Notes under the pieces: model-generated | Told to the model about the DNA's origin: nothing | Database searches by the model: none | The model's input: the letters and a program-made list of their open reading frames with translations, nothing else | Shown here: positions 18,401 to 31,500 of the stretch, one piece after another | Layout of the letters: every line of letters starts with the position of its first letter | Position numbering within the stretch: position 1 is the first letter of the stretch | Source of the DNA: Ylistrum balloti | Taxonomy: Eukaryota | Assembly (NCBI RefSeq): GCF_031769215.1 | Contig: NW_026782025.1 | Location: 868,001 to 932,000, forward strand | Reading direction: 5' to 3' | Length of the DNA stretch: 64,000 nt | Program-made: the position numbers and the translations under genes

Positions 18401-21400
18401 TATCCTAAACACTGGCTATAGATACTGACTCCCAACATATCCTAAAACACTGGTTATATATACTGACTACATATCATAAACACTGGCTATATATACTGAC
18501 TACCAACATATCCTAAAACACTGGCTATATATACTGACTACCAACATATCCTAAAACACTGGTTATATATACTGACTACCAACATATCCTAAAACACTGG
18601 TTATGAATACTGACTACCAACATATCCTAAAACACTGGTTATAAATACTGACTACCAACATATCCTAAAACACTGGCTATATATACTGACTACATATCCT
18701 AAAGCACTGGTTATATATACTGACTACCAACATATCCTAAACACTGGTTATATATACTGACTACCAACATATCCTACACACTGGCTATATGTACTGACTA
18801 CATATCCTAAAAGACTGGTTATATATACTGACTACCAGCATATCCTAAACACTGGCTATATATACTGACTACATATCCTAAAGCACTGGCTATATATACT
18901 GACTACATATCCTAAAGCACTGGCTATATATACTGACTACCAACATATCCTAAACCCTGGCTATAGATACTGACTCCCAATATGTCCTAAAACACTGGTT
19001 ATATATACTGACTACATATCATAAACACTGGCTATATATACTGACTACCAACATATCCTAAAACACTGGTTATATATACTGACTACCAACATATCCTAAA
19101 CACTGGCTATATATACTGACTACATATCCTAAAGCACTGGCTATAGATACTGACTCCCAACATATCCTAAAACACTGGTTATATATACTGACTACCAACA
19201 TATCCTAAACACTGGCTATAGATACTGACTCCCAACATATCCTAAAGCACTGGCTATATATACTGACTACCAACATATCCTAAACACTGGCTATAGATAC
19301 TGACTCCCAACATATCCTAAAACAATGGTTATATATACTGACTACATATCATAAACACTGGCTATATATACTGACTACCAACATATCCTAAAACACTGGC
19401 TATATATACTGACTACCAACATATCCTAAAACACTGGTTATAAATACTGACTACCAACATATCCTAAAACACTGGTTATAAATACTGACTACCAACATAT
19501 CCTAAAACACTGGTTATAAATACTGTTATAAATACTGACTACCAACATATCCTAAAACACTGGTTATATATACTGACTACCAACATATCCTAAAACACTG
19601 GTTATAAATACTGACTACCAACATATCCTAAAACACTGGTTATAAATACTGACTACCAATATATCCTAAAACACTGGTTATAAATACTGACTACCAACAT
19701 ATCCTACTGACTACCAACATATCCTAAACACTGGTTATATATACTGACTACCAACATATCCTAAAACACTGGCTATATATACTGTCTACCAATATATCCT
19801 AAAACACTGGCTAAACATACTGATTACATATCCTAAACACTGGTTATATATACTGACTACATATCCTAAAACACTGGCTATATATACTGACTACCAACAT
19901 ATCCTAAAACACTGGTTATATATACTGACTACCAACATATCCTAAAATACTGGCTATATACACTGACTGCCAATATATCCTAAAACGCTGGTTACCTATT
20001 GTGTTTACAAACATATCCTAAAAATACTCATAAACACTGATTAATGTAGTTTTTATATGTGGCCAGTGCTTTAAGTTCTGTTAGTAGCACAAAGAAATCA
20101 TAAGACACTAGATTCATACAGTTAGTACAAAAAGGCCCTATACCACATACAACAGTATAAACAGGTCCTAAAAGACTTGGTACATATAGTGAGTTTAAAC
20201 AGTCCTAAAAGACTTGGTACATATAGTGAATATAAACAGTCAGGGTACATATAGTGAGTATAAACAGTCCTAAAAGACTGGGTACATATAGTGAATATAA
20301 ACAGTCAGGGTACATATAGTGAGTATAAACAGTCCTAAAAGACTGGGTACATATAGTGAGTATAAACAGTTCTAAAACACTATGTATATATAGTGTGAGT
20401 ATAAACAGTTCTAAAAGACTTGGTACATATAGTGAGTATAAACAGTCCTAAAAGACTGGGTACATATAGTGAATAACAACAGTCAGGGTACATATAGTGA
20501 GTATAAACAGTCCTAAAAGACTGGGTACATAAAGTGAATATAAACAGTCAGGGTACATATAGTGAGTATAAACAGTCCTAAAACAACAGTCAGGGTACAT
20601 ATAGTGAGTATAAACAGTCCTAAAAGACTGGGTACATATAGTGAGTATAAACAGTCCTAAAAGACTGGGTACATATAGTGAATAACAACAGTCAGGGTAC
20701 ATATAGTGAGTATAAACAGTCCTAAAAGACTGGGTACATATAGAATATAAACAGTGGGTACATATAGTAAAAGAGTACATATATAGTAACTAAAAGACTG
20801 GGTACATATAGTGAATATAAAACACATATGTATATATAGTACATATGTGAGTATAAACAGTTCTAAAAGACTTGGTACATATAGTGAGTATAAACAGTTC
20901 TAAAAGACTGGGTTCATATAGTGAGTATAAACAGTCCTAAAAGACTGGGTTCATATAGTGAGTATAAACAGCCCTAAAATACTGGGTTCATATAGTGAGT
21001 ATAAACAGTCCTAAAAGACTGGGTACATATAGTGAGCATAAACAGTCCTAAAAGACTGGGTTCATATAGTGAGTATAAACAGTCCTAAAAGACTGGGTTC
21101 ATATAGTGAGTATAAACATAAAAGACTGGGTTCATATAGTGAGTATAAACAGTCCTAAAAGACTGGGTTCATATAGTGAGTATAAACAGTCCTAAAAGAC
21201 TGGGTTCATATAGTGAGTATAAACAGTCCTAAAAGACTGGGTTCATATAGTGAGTATAAACAGTCCTAAAAGACTGGGTTCATATAGTGAGTATAAACAG
21301 CCCTAAAAGACTGGGTTCATATAGTGAGTATAAACAGTCCTAAAAGACTGGGTTCATATAGTGAGTATAAACAGTCCTAAATACGATGTTTATAAAATGA

Positions 21401-24400
21401 GTACAACATATTCTAAAACACGAGCTATAGGTAATGACTACAGTCGTAACTCTAAAACATATTCTGAAACAAAAGGATGACAAATGAAGCCGTCTTTTCA
21501 GCCGTTCATTTGATCAGTGACAAGGCGACCATTATTCATGTCCAGTTCCGGACAGTAATCATTGTTGCTCAAAATTACCAGAACGTATTTTAACTAAATA
21601 CGATACAATTAACAATATTTAAATAAACAAAATAATACAAACTATAGGGTAACATTTTAATGGTGATTAAATTGTCTATACATACTTATGAAGGTCTGAA
21701 AATATCTTTGATCCCGTATTACTATTGATGTAAGTGGTAGATTCTAATATTCTGTCTAATATACGTTTCCTATCTTTAATCTATGATATGTTCCCCTTGG
21801 TGTTGTTGTGGTTATGAATTACTTCAGATATAAACTGTCATACAATTTAATTGTTGCTTTGTGTTTAAGTTACTTGAGATATACATTGTAACGATGTTTA
21901 AGTCTTTAATTCGCCTGAAAGGTAATCTGTTTAAATCTCTATCCAATTTCTTGTGAAGCAACCTATTCTTATATCCACAGCTAAGAGATGGGGTCCACCT
22001 CAGGTATATGCGTCCCCTCCACGTAAGGTACCTGGAGGACGTAACGCTAAATGGAGGTTTGCCAAGCCCGTGTGTACTGCTGGATCGACCCGAAGGATCG
22101 CCCATCCGAGTAAATGTGCGCAATATTACGACTGTGGTTCGAACCCTCAGGAGGACTGGTGGGGAACCAACCTCAGGGAATGCCCCTATCCTCTTCTCTT
22201 TAATGTTCGTTTCGCCCAGTGTGATCATTACTCCAACGTTAGGTGTGGACGCAGGACTGTACCCCTCGATCCCTGTAAGTATGGTCTCTCACAGCAATCG
22301 TTATGTAAACTGTAAGCATGATTCCTCTCTACCAATAATAGAATAATTTTCCACACCCCTTATAACTATAATCTATCTCGACCACAGCAGGTACAGTAGC
22401 TTTCTATCCATGCAAGTGAAACCATCTCGACAACTGCAATTACAATTAGTTTGTATCCTTATTAAGTACTTTTTCCTCTCGATCCCTGTACGAATCGTCC
22501 TTCTATCAGGAAAATCCCTGTCGACATCTGTCAGTACCACTACAGAAATGAAGCAATAGGAAAAATGTTATTCAATTAGAAAATTATTTCTAAAAACACA
22601 TCATGATACATTTAGTAACAACTTCAGTTGATGCATACATGTGCCTGACCTTTCGAGACTTGCTCGAATACTTCATAATATTATTAATGTTTTGGCACAA
22701 ATAAGAACAATTGGATCTATCGTAATAGATATCAAAGGCATTCCATTGTACATGCAACACAGAAATATTCCTGTCGCTTCTAGTCTTGTAGCTTTGGAGA
22801 TAAAAAAAACAAAACAAAAAAAAAGACAGATGATTTTTAATGTCTGAAGAACATTCCCTTCTATAGTAACCTCTTGTTTACATATTTCAATTTCTTATGT
22901 ACGAAACCCCTTTCATTTGTTGGAGTTATATGTCAGATTATGGCTCATTGCTTGTGAATTTGACCACCTCCCCCTAAAATGGTATTTTCTAATGATTTTT
23001 TCTATATTGATATACAGGTGGAGTGTGTCTCATTGCTTACATAAAATGTTTAAAACGGTTCAACATTGCATGTAACTCAGTTTTGATTTTTCTCATAAAA
23101 GCGATGAAACACTATATATATATATATATATATCTGTGTGTGTGTTTGCTGATGTATGTAATATACAACCTGCCACACTAATTGGATATTCATAACGCGT
23201 TTTTTGGAGCCATTGTTTCCTCATTACTTATGATAATACATTTAATATATTCTATAACAACTATACAAGTCACCTAAGCCATGTAGAGAGGGACAAGTCA
23301 TTTCTAGTGGAGTTTCATTTAATTGGTTTTCAATTTGATTATGTTGTAGTCTCATTATTAATACGTAATTGTATAAATGTATGTTAAGCTTGAAATATCT
23401 TTATACGACTGTCAGGTTTGTGATTAATATGAGCAATGCTTATAAAACTTTCATGTCTGAAATTTCATTATCTGTTTGAACTTTTTAATACAATATTTCA
23501 ATTTTGACAAAATATACACTTGTCTGATTAAAGATAAACTTTAAATTAACACAAAAAGAACAATAAAACTAGTACATTGTTTATAACTGTATGAACATAA
23601 CACAAGAGTTAAACAGACTCGTCCACCTTTATAAAATGTATTACTTATGACAATGCAATCATACAAATACATACATATGGGTATGTAATATTTTGATTTA
23701 AAAATAACAACTGAGTTCTTTGTAATATGGCGGTAACATTTACACATATTTATATGCTAAAAAAATTAACAGATGATAATATGAATGTTTTCAATATATG
23801 TAACCAGACAATCAGAAAGATATTTTCCATGTGTCTATTTAATTACATGAGATGTATTTAAATAAAGAATATTTCATGTAACTTTATGATAATAATATGT
23901 CTTTAGCTGTCTAGTATATGTAAACGTGTTATATATTTGACCGTGTAACACATATAGTAGTATATATATATACTTTTAACATAACTCATAAGTAATATTG
24001 TAGTTGTAATGTTTCAAATGTGCAAATTGATAATATGTGAATATCAATTAGTTAATATAGGGAATAGAGATGATAAGTGACTGGAAAAAAACAAATAAAC
24101 AAACAAACAAGGATTTCAATTTAACCGGTCACAACTAATACTGGAATGAAAATTCTACAGGTTCACTTTAGTCTGATAACGGACTGTGACCTGGTATCAT
24201 CTTCAACGAACAGTCCAATTTCGGGCATTAATTGTTCATGAGCTGCAAGCGTAATTCTGAACTTGGAGACTGATACTTCAGAAGGAAAAACGTTACAAAA
24301 GATAGTCAATCGCATTGTTAACTACCATGTCGAATATCACAATGAGGTGAAAACACCTATTTGAAATTCCTTAACTTTATGCGAAAAGTAGAGGTAAACA

Positions 24401-26363
24401 TTTATCGCATCATATTGCCATTCCCACTAAGCTGGCATTCATGTGTAAAATTAACTTCCACACTCTCGTTTGGCAAGCGGATTCTTTCTTTTCATTTACC
24501 TGAAATTGACCGCTCCGAAAGGTCAAATGTCTGTAAATGTCATATAGAACAGCTTTGAAGTACTTAACTTTTATTTATCCCTCATAATGGTTTTATAACT
24601 TTTAATTCGCAGTAGTATTAACAATGCATTTACTCATAAAGGTCATTCTAGCTTCTAATGTATTCCAATATAATGACGTATCAATGCGAACTATGAATCT
24701 CCTGTGTTCAGGTAGAGATTAATTAATATCCCGCATGTGCCTGTCACGTGAGTCATCATATGTTAGCTCGCACACTTAATTGGCGTCAATTAAAAGTATT
24801 AGAATTAAGCGTCGTCCTGGGCTTAAACTGTTTCTGTCAAGTTCTGTATATCTCTTCACTGATGGCAGACAGTTTGATATATAGCTGACGGTGTGACACG
24901 ATGTTCGGAATATACTTGTACATTATAGAATAATATATCTACTTGAAAACAACATTACTTTCCACTTTATATGCAACTACAAACGTAAGTGTAGAACAAT
25001 GTTCAGTGGACCTAGCCTCGAAATATATCTATATGTGTATTCACTTATAAAAAATAGGGGGAAAAACAGTATTAAATACAAATAGTTGAGACAATGTCTA
25101 CAATATAAGTGTTTTCCTGTTCGCCGGGGCCCTATGTCAGTATGATTGATAGAATGAATCTTATAAACACGTCAACTACATTGCTTTGTTCCAAACAAGA
25201 GCCGTCAAATTACAATTGGAAATATCTAATTTGATGACAAAACAGTTCGATTTTCTAATAAAGATCAGCCACCAGAGAAGAGAAGCTGTCGTATGATTGA
25301 TGTGAATTCTTATGAATCCATGTTAATAAAATTATTTGATTATAAATCAATTACCCTCAAGCTATCAGTCTGCTAGAATGCAATTTAGATATGAAGAATG
25401 CGTTATATGTTAAATAAATCATATTTGCACATTTTCAGTAAGTCTGTTATGCAAACTGGAATTAATGGGAGTCAACTGCGTGACACGTTCAATTGATTAA
25501 GTTCTATGATATAATCTGTACGCTGTTAAAGTTAAGAGATTTTATCTTTTAACTATAGATGACCTTTCTGTCGCCAGATTCATTTCTTATATCTATCCCT
25601 CTGCTACATTCGAAAAGCCAAATGGAAACAAAACCCATTTATTGTGCACCAGTTCAAACCATTAAGCTATTGTTTAATGTCATTACTTTAAAAGCTGCTA
25701 ATATTTTTTCTCCATATTTTTATAAGTTTCCTCTTCAGAGACTGAAGAAACGCCCAGAAATTTACAACACTCTGGAATCTGGGGCGTTAAGTTTAAGGTC
25801 ATTTCCGGATAACAATCCGAAAAATAATTCACATTACTAACCTACAGAATCAATCCACATACTGTTTTAAAGTGAAATAGCCATATTTCACCTGCTCTCA
25901 CTTCATCTGTATAAGAAAATTCACTTCTTATAATAAACATATATCTTAATGTCTTTTTTCTCCTCGTATCTAACCTGTCCATTACCTATGGACCGCCTTT
26001 ACAGTTTTATGTTTGGGAATAATTATAGTATGTTATAACGTTTGTGGAGTTGAGTCTATCTTGTTTAATTTTGTTATTAGATGTGTATATTTTCTTCTCT
26101 CTTCGACAGGTGACTACATTGCCAATCAATGTAGAACGATCTCTTGTCCTCCGTGTATCATGCGTTACGGAACATGCAAAGGCCTTCCGAATGGACTTCA
26201 TCCATGGAAGAACAGGGAACAAACACCACACTTTTTGGTTTGCAAAGATCAACGCGTTGTGTTCCATGGAAAATGTATGTCCCCGACCCCAGGGTACAAA
26301 TTTGTGTTCGATCCAGTCATCCACACCTGTCTCCAGCCCAAGGATGGTTACAAATTCCCTTAA
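15421..26363 (+). CDS. Gene A: secreted triple chitin-binding type-2 (CBM14/peritrophin-A-like) protein, 293 aa, with Arg/His/Pro-rich extension
   Basis: Exons 15421-15754, 21981-22274 and 26110-26363 with phase-1 GT-AG introns, 882 nt in frame. Signal peptide MYTKVLLIFILLCVGYANS; domains C..PDDCSRYILC..C..WD..C, HPSKCAQYYDC..ECPYPLLFN..C..C and CKGLPNG..PHFLVC..C..FDPVIHTC. AATAAA at 26494. Confidence 0.9.
17327..19992 (+). repeat. 37-bp minisatellite array 1 (AAACACTGGCTATATATACTGACTACCAACATATCCT), ~72 copies, gene A intron 1
   Basis: Period 37 with 33- and 38-bp variants; no unique spacers. Confidence 0.97.
20155..21381 (+). repeat. 37-bp minisatellite array 2 (AAACAGTCCTAAAAGACTGGGTACATATAGTGAGTAT), ~34 copies, gene A intron 1
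   Basis: Period 37 (GACTGGG at 21124, 21161 and onward), with a ~28-bp deletion variant alternating in the 5' part. Confidence 0.97.
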
Positions 26364-26493
26364 CTCTCTCAAAGGACCTCTCAATCAAAATAAGGTGTTA
26401 CAAAAGGCATTAAATTATATTTTTCATAATTGGACTGGAGTTGTTTCGTATGTCCTTTGTACCAATTAACATCAAAAGCAGTATTTGGTTGAT

Positions 26494-26499
26494 AATAAA
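26494..26499 (+). terminator. Putative polyadenylation signal of gene A
   Basis: AATAAA 131 nt after the stop codon. Confidence 0.5.
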
Positions 26500-28578
26500 T
26501 AATGGTTTTCAATGGTATTGTTGAGTATGTGATATCTTATACTAAATACCAATAAAGTAATAACACAAGGACTTGTCCGTGATATGTACGTCAATAAAAT
26601 CACAGCGTCAGCAAATTTATTTTTACATGATCGGAAATAAATACACGCTACAATCATTGTTTAGATAGAGCATGTAAGTACTTGGATTTTCCTAGGTTTT
26701 CATTTCAAGTGAAATTGTAGGCACTTATCGTTCCGGTACAATAGTACTGATAGTCCTATATGTATCTCGTTTGTCAATGTTCCTGGCAGTTTCCGTGATT
26801 TATAGAATTATGATTACACATAGGCGATCACATGATTTTCAACGTTGTAAAATTTTAGTCACATTTCGATATTGGATAGCTACTAAAATCCGATCGCCAT
26901 AACGACAATATAACATAGGAGAACGTTAATGATACTTAACTCTTCACTCTGTTTACTACCGTGATAAATACTAAAGATTATTTCTTATTTGTGAAAAATT
27001 ACAGATGAAATATACGTCGTGTTAATACTTAAATTTCTATCTGACAATAAAAATACATCAATTTAGTATTTTGAGGAAATATTGCCAGACCTGTCTTCGT
27101 TTATACAAAGTTTTTTTTTTATAGAATTGGTACTAAATAGGATGCAAAGAGCTTTAAAAGTCCTTCAATTTCACATTTTAAATTTTGAAAACAATTGTAT
27201 TGATTGTGCTTATTGAAATGTAGTAACATAACATGACACTGCACATTTTTCTGCTTAATACACGGCCTTTCTAGCCATATCTCGCGGCACTTTGATTCAG
27301 CCATACTATCTATTTATCAAAAGTGTCTTCATGTAAATATTAGATTGGTCAAACGCGATAATAACTAGCTTGCTTACATTATTCTCTAGTTAGTTTTTTT
27401 TATACAGAATTCGAATCCTCAAAGAGTGTTAAAGCTATTACTTAATTTTATGTAACTAATGTAAAAATATATAGAACAGGTCTAACGTCACGAGGTATAA
27501 CAAAGATATGCATTAAGGAGCGCTAGGTTTGAAGTTTTGGTGAGGAAGGTGTTATTACTTGGTTACACTAGACAGGACATATGTCATATACAAGTAACAC
27601 GACATGAATAAAATAGTGGGATGTTTTCATTAACTGTTGTATTCTAACGCCTTTGTAGCCTGTTTAGAATACATATACATTTTAATTAAACACCATTACC
27701 TAACACTATCCTGACCTGAATTATATTTATGTAAACGTGATGTTACATCACTATTAAACACGGATATTGTCGACGTTTCCAATAACCCGTACGACATTGG
27801 TGTAATCATATGCAAATTCGTTTCAAGGTCAAGTAATTAATACTGGTAATTACTAATATGAAGTTGAGTCGTTCACTTTCCAACACGAAGCTGAATCCAA
27901 TAATGAGATTTTTCCAAAATGCATTTGTTACCTATGTATGTGATTAAAATCATAACTGCTTGTTTATTGACACGTATACTTTTGTCAAGTGACTATTGAG
28001 GATTTTCTAACGGTATATGACGGTAATGAATAAAATGTAGATCACAGCAAATTGTATGTCAGTCAGAAAAGTGACTTAAACAAATGTGTTTGTTAGTTAC
28101 AGGTCTTCCGTCTCCATAATTCAATCTATAGCTAGCCATTGTCTCATTACGAACGTGTATGATAAGGCAAACAAATGCTTTATGATGATTCATGATGGAT
28201 CAGATGATATGGTCAATCACCAGCTGTCTAAAAACAACAGGAAAATTCCAACACGCCAATAGAATCTTATTTCAAACGCAATGAAACTATGTGAACAAAA
28301 GAAAAATATACATAGACACCAGAAAAGAAGCATGTAAAATATGAACCAATTTAACAGGTGTTTGTAATGTAAAATTAATTTTTGTTACTGATCGTTGTTA
28401 AAAAAAAAAACACAAAATATTTTTTCATAATAATAACAATTTATTTAATTATGATTAAGCATTCTAAAAACACAAATGCAAATGCAAACAAAAACAAAGC
28501 TATATCTAGTGCAAACAATCTCATAAAAGCTTAGGAAAAAATTAGACGGAGATAAAATAAAACACGGAAAGATAATAT

Positions 28579-31500
28579 TTACACAATAATAGGACTGAAA
28601 TATACACATTTCTTTAGAACAGGATCAAATAGTTGAGGTTTTGCTCCGGAACATCTTGTCTGCAGGACAACACGATCGTTTTTGCAGACAACGTAATATG
28701 GCGACCTTTCTCTTCCGGACCACACGTTTGGCCCATCCGGATATCCGTCACAACTGGGCATGCGCAGATGACAGGGGATACAGTGAGCTGTCTTACACTT
28801 GTTGGCATCATAGTCACCTGTAACATAACAAACCATGTTTACATACATACGCCTTATTACCCTTTAGAAACAAGTACTAGAATTTAAAGTTAAGACATAT
28901 GACAAAAGGAAAACTTTCAAAAGAATCAGATTTATTGTAAATTATAAATGAACGGCCAGATGCATTGCAACACCAAGCAAAAGAGATATAAATAGTATTT
29001 TAGACACGATAATTCACCCAAGCCGAATTTAACAGATTTGCAATTTTCCTTTGAATGTATCCAACGATCAAAAAGAAGAAAAAAATATGACAAAATTCAA
29101 AATTTCAAAATACAAATATTTAATACAACAGCTGTATAACATTCTAAATGAATAGTGGAGCCAAGCCAGCGCCATGTACTTATGTTTTTTTTCAAGTTTC
29201 CTAAAAACGTAATATTTGTTGTATACGTTATAGTATTGTTATAACCACTAATGCTGTGTTATCGGACTTATAAATCAACTGTTCCATAGTTTCAGTTTCA
29301 GATAGTAACAGAACGAACATCAAAATAGAGGTGATACACAAAACAATCAAGTTGAGTACACATGGTGTTTATTAGACCACCTCCTGTCCTATGGTGTTCA
29401 ATGGCGAGGTAAAAAAGTTTGTAAAAAAATCAATCTCAGCCTTATTGAGAAGTTGGAATGGGCGTGGTCAAATAAACATCGCATGTAATCAGCTAAATTG
29501 TTCTGTTTGTCAAATAAATTTCATGAATATCAATTGGGTGTTTTCATTCGGCATTTTGTGAGACTTCAGAAGTGACATGCTTAAACACGTTAAACCTAAA
29601 AACATTAAAAAAATAAATATAAAAATTAGATTATCACTCAGCTATTTCCAGAAATTTTCACTTAAGTTATGATGAATAATAAATAAATATGCGTCATGCA
29701 TTCATTTCGTCCTCCGTGACACTTTATTTATGAGAGGAGCGACCGAGCATGGTAATTCTGACTGTAAGTAAGGGACATCCCTAAAAGTGTGTGACAATAG
29801 TTAAAGAATTCTAAATACAATGGAAAACATGCCTACGTTTTAATAGAAAACTCTAGCACATGTAAACGACAACTGCTGTTCTAGGTTAGCACATGTAAAC
29901 GACAACTGCTGTTCTAGGTTAGCACATGTAAACGACAACTGCTGTTCTAGGTTAGCACATGTAAACGACAACTGCTGTTCTAGGTTAGCACATGTAAACG
30001 ACAACTGCTGTTCTAGGTTAGCACATAGGTTAGCACATGTAAACGACAACTGCTGTTCTAGATTAGCACATGTAAACGACAACTGCTATTCTAGGTTAAT
30101 ACACAAATACAATCGCAAACACCATCGGTATAGCGATTCGACCAAATTATGGGAAAACTTCGGTTGTCATTAAGCCATTTGCTTCGGTGGACATATGCTG
30201 TTGGAGGTTTCACGGCAAGATATGTAAAGAACCGTATATCAAAGAAAACATAGTATCTGTCGATTAAGATCATGAGCACGAGACATCTTGAACGGCTTAG
30301 GTAGAATGACAAGATTCCCAAAAATGTCTCTTTTCGCTAGGCCGACTGAGGCGGACAATGCCATTGGGAAAAAACACACACGAACGAGAAAACAACATAA
30401 ATCGATGTCATTATGTGATCTGGTTAAGTCGCACTTAAAACATGGAGGTGTTGTCGTTTTTTGTTTTTGTTTTGTTTTTGTTTTTGTTTTTTTTTTTTTT
30501 GTTTTTTGTTTGGGGGGGGGGGGGTGGGCGGGTGAGGGGGTGGGCGGGTGAGGGGGTGGTGGTAAATGAATGCATTGAGAATGAGTGTATTTGCTACACG
30601 ATGTGGAACACTTACACGGTTCCTTGGGCTCCATTCTGTCCCCACACGTGACCTTATCTGGTTGTCTACACCTTCCCATTCCTTCGTCATATAACTGGGG
30701 GTAGGAACACTCCTTCTCCACGATGATCCCGGTCCTACGGGAGGCTGGACAGTCTATGTACTTGGCGCAGGATGTCGCCACAGACAGGTAAGTTTGACCG
30801 CCTTGACAGGTGTCCAGTTCGTGTGTAGCATCTGCAGAAAATACACGGGAATACAACCATAAACTAGACGGCATATACTGAAAATCTCATCGAGAAACCA
30901 AGATATGTTACGTCTGCTAGTATATATTGTAGTTTCCGTTCTGTTGGGGACCCACTTAGACAATTATCTTATATGTATATCAATATAAATTTCCTGTTCA
31001 ATATGATGGTTTTGCTTTCATTGTGCTCTCTCTCAGTTTCATTCTCTCCACAATATAATATTGCTTTCCTTTTATAAAATCCACGATTTTACAGCTTTGT
31101 TTTATAAAACCAACGATTTTACAATTTTGTTTTATAAAACCCATGATTTTACAGCTTTGTTTTATAAAACCAACGATTTTACAATTTTGTTTTATAAAAC
31201 CAACGATTTTACAATTTTACAGATTTTACAATTTTGTTTTATTATTTTAAAATCCACGATTTTACAGCTTTGTTTTATAAAACCCATGATTTTACAATTT
31301 TGTTTTATAAAACCCATGATTTTACAATTTTGTTTTATAAAACCCATGATTTTACAATTTTGTTTTATAAAACCCATGATTTTACAATTTTGTTTTATAA
31401 AACCCACGATTTTACAGCTTTGTTTTATAAAACCCACGATTTTACAATTTTGTTTTATAAAACCCATGATTTTACAATTTTGTTTTATAAAACCCATGAT

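Noticed and set aside
17327-21381. 37-bp regularly spaced repeats resembling a CRISPR array
   Set aside because: Units are contiguous with no unique spacers, there are no cas genes, and the location is a eukaryotic intron.
29840-30082. 80-aa SFTCANLEQQL-repeat ORF
   Set aside because: Translation of the 33-bp intronic array.
30239-30615. Pro/Lys-rich C-terminal part of the 211-aa ORF
   Set aside because: It reads through the GTAAGT donor at 30615 into poly-G/poly-T low-complexity intron sequence.
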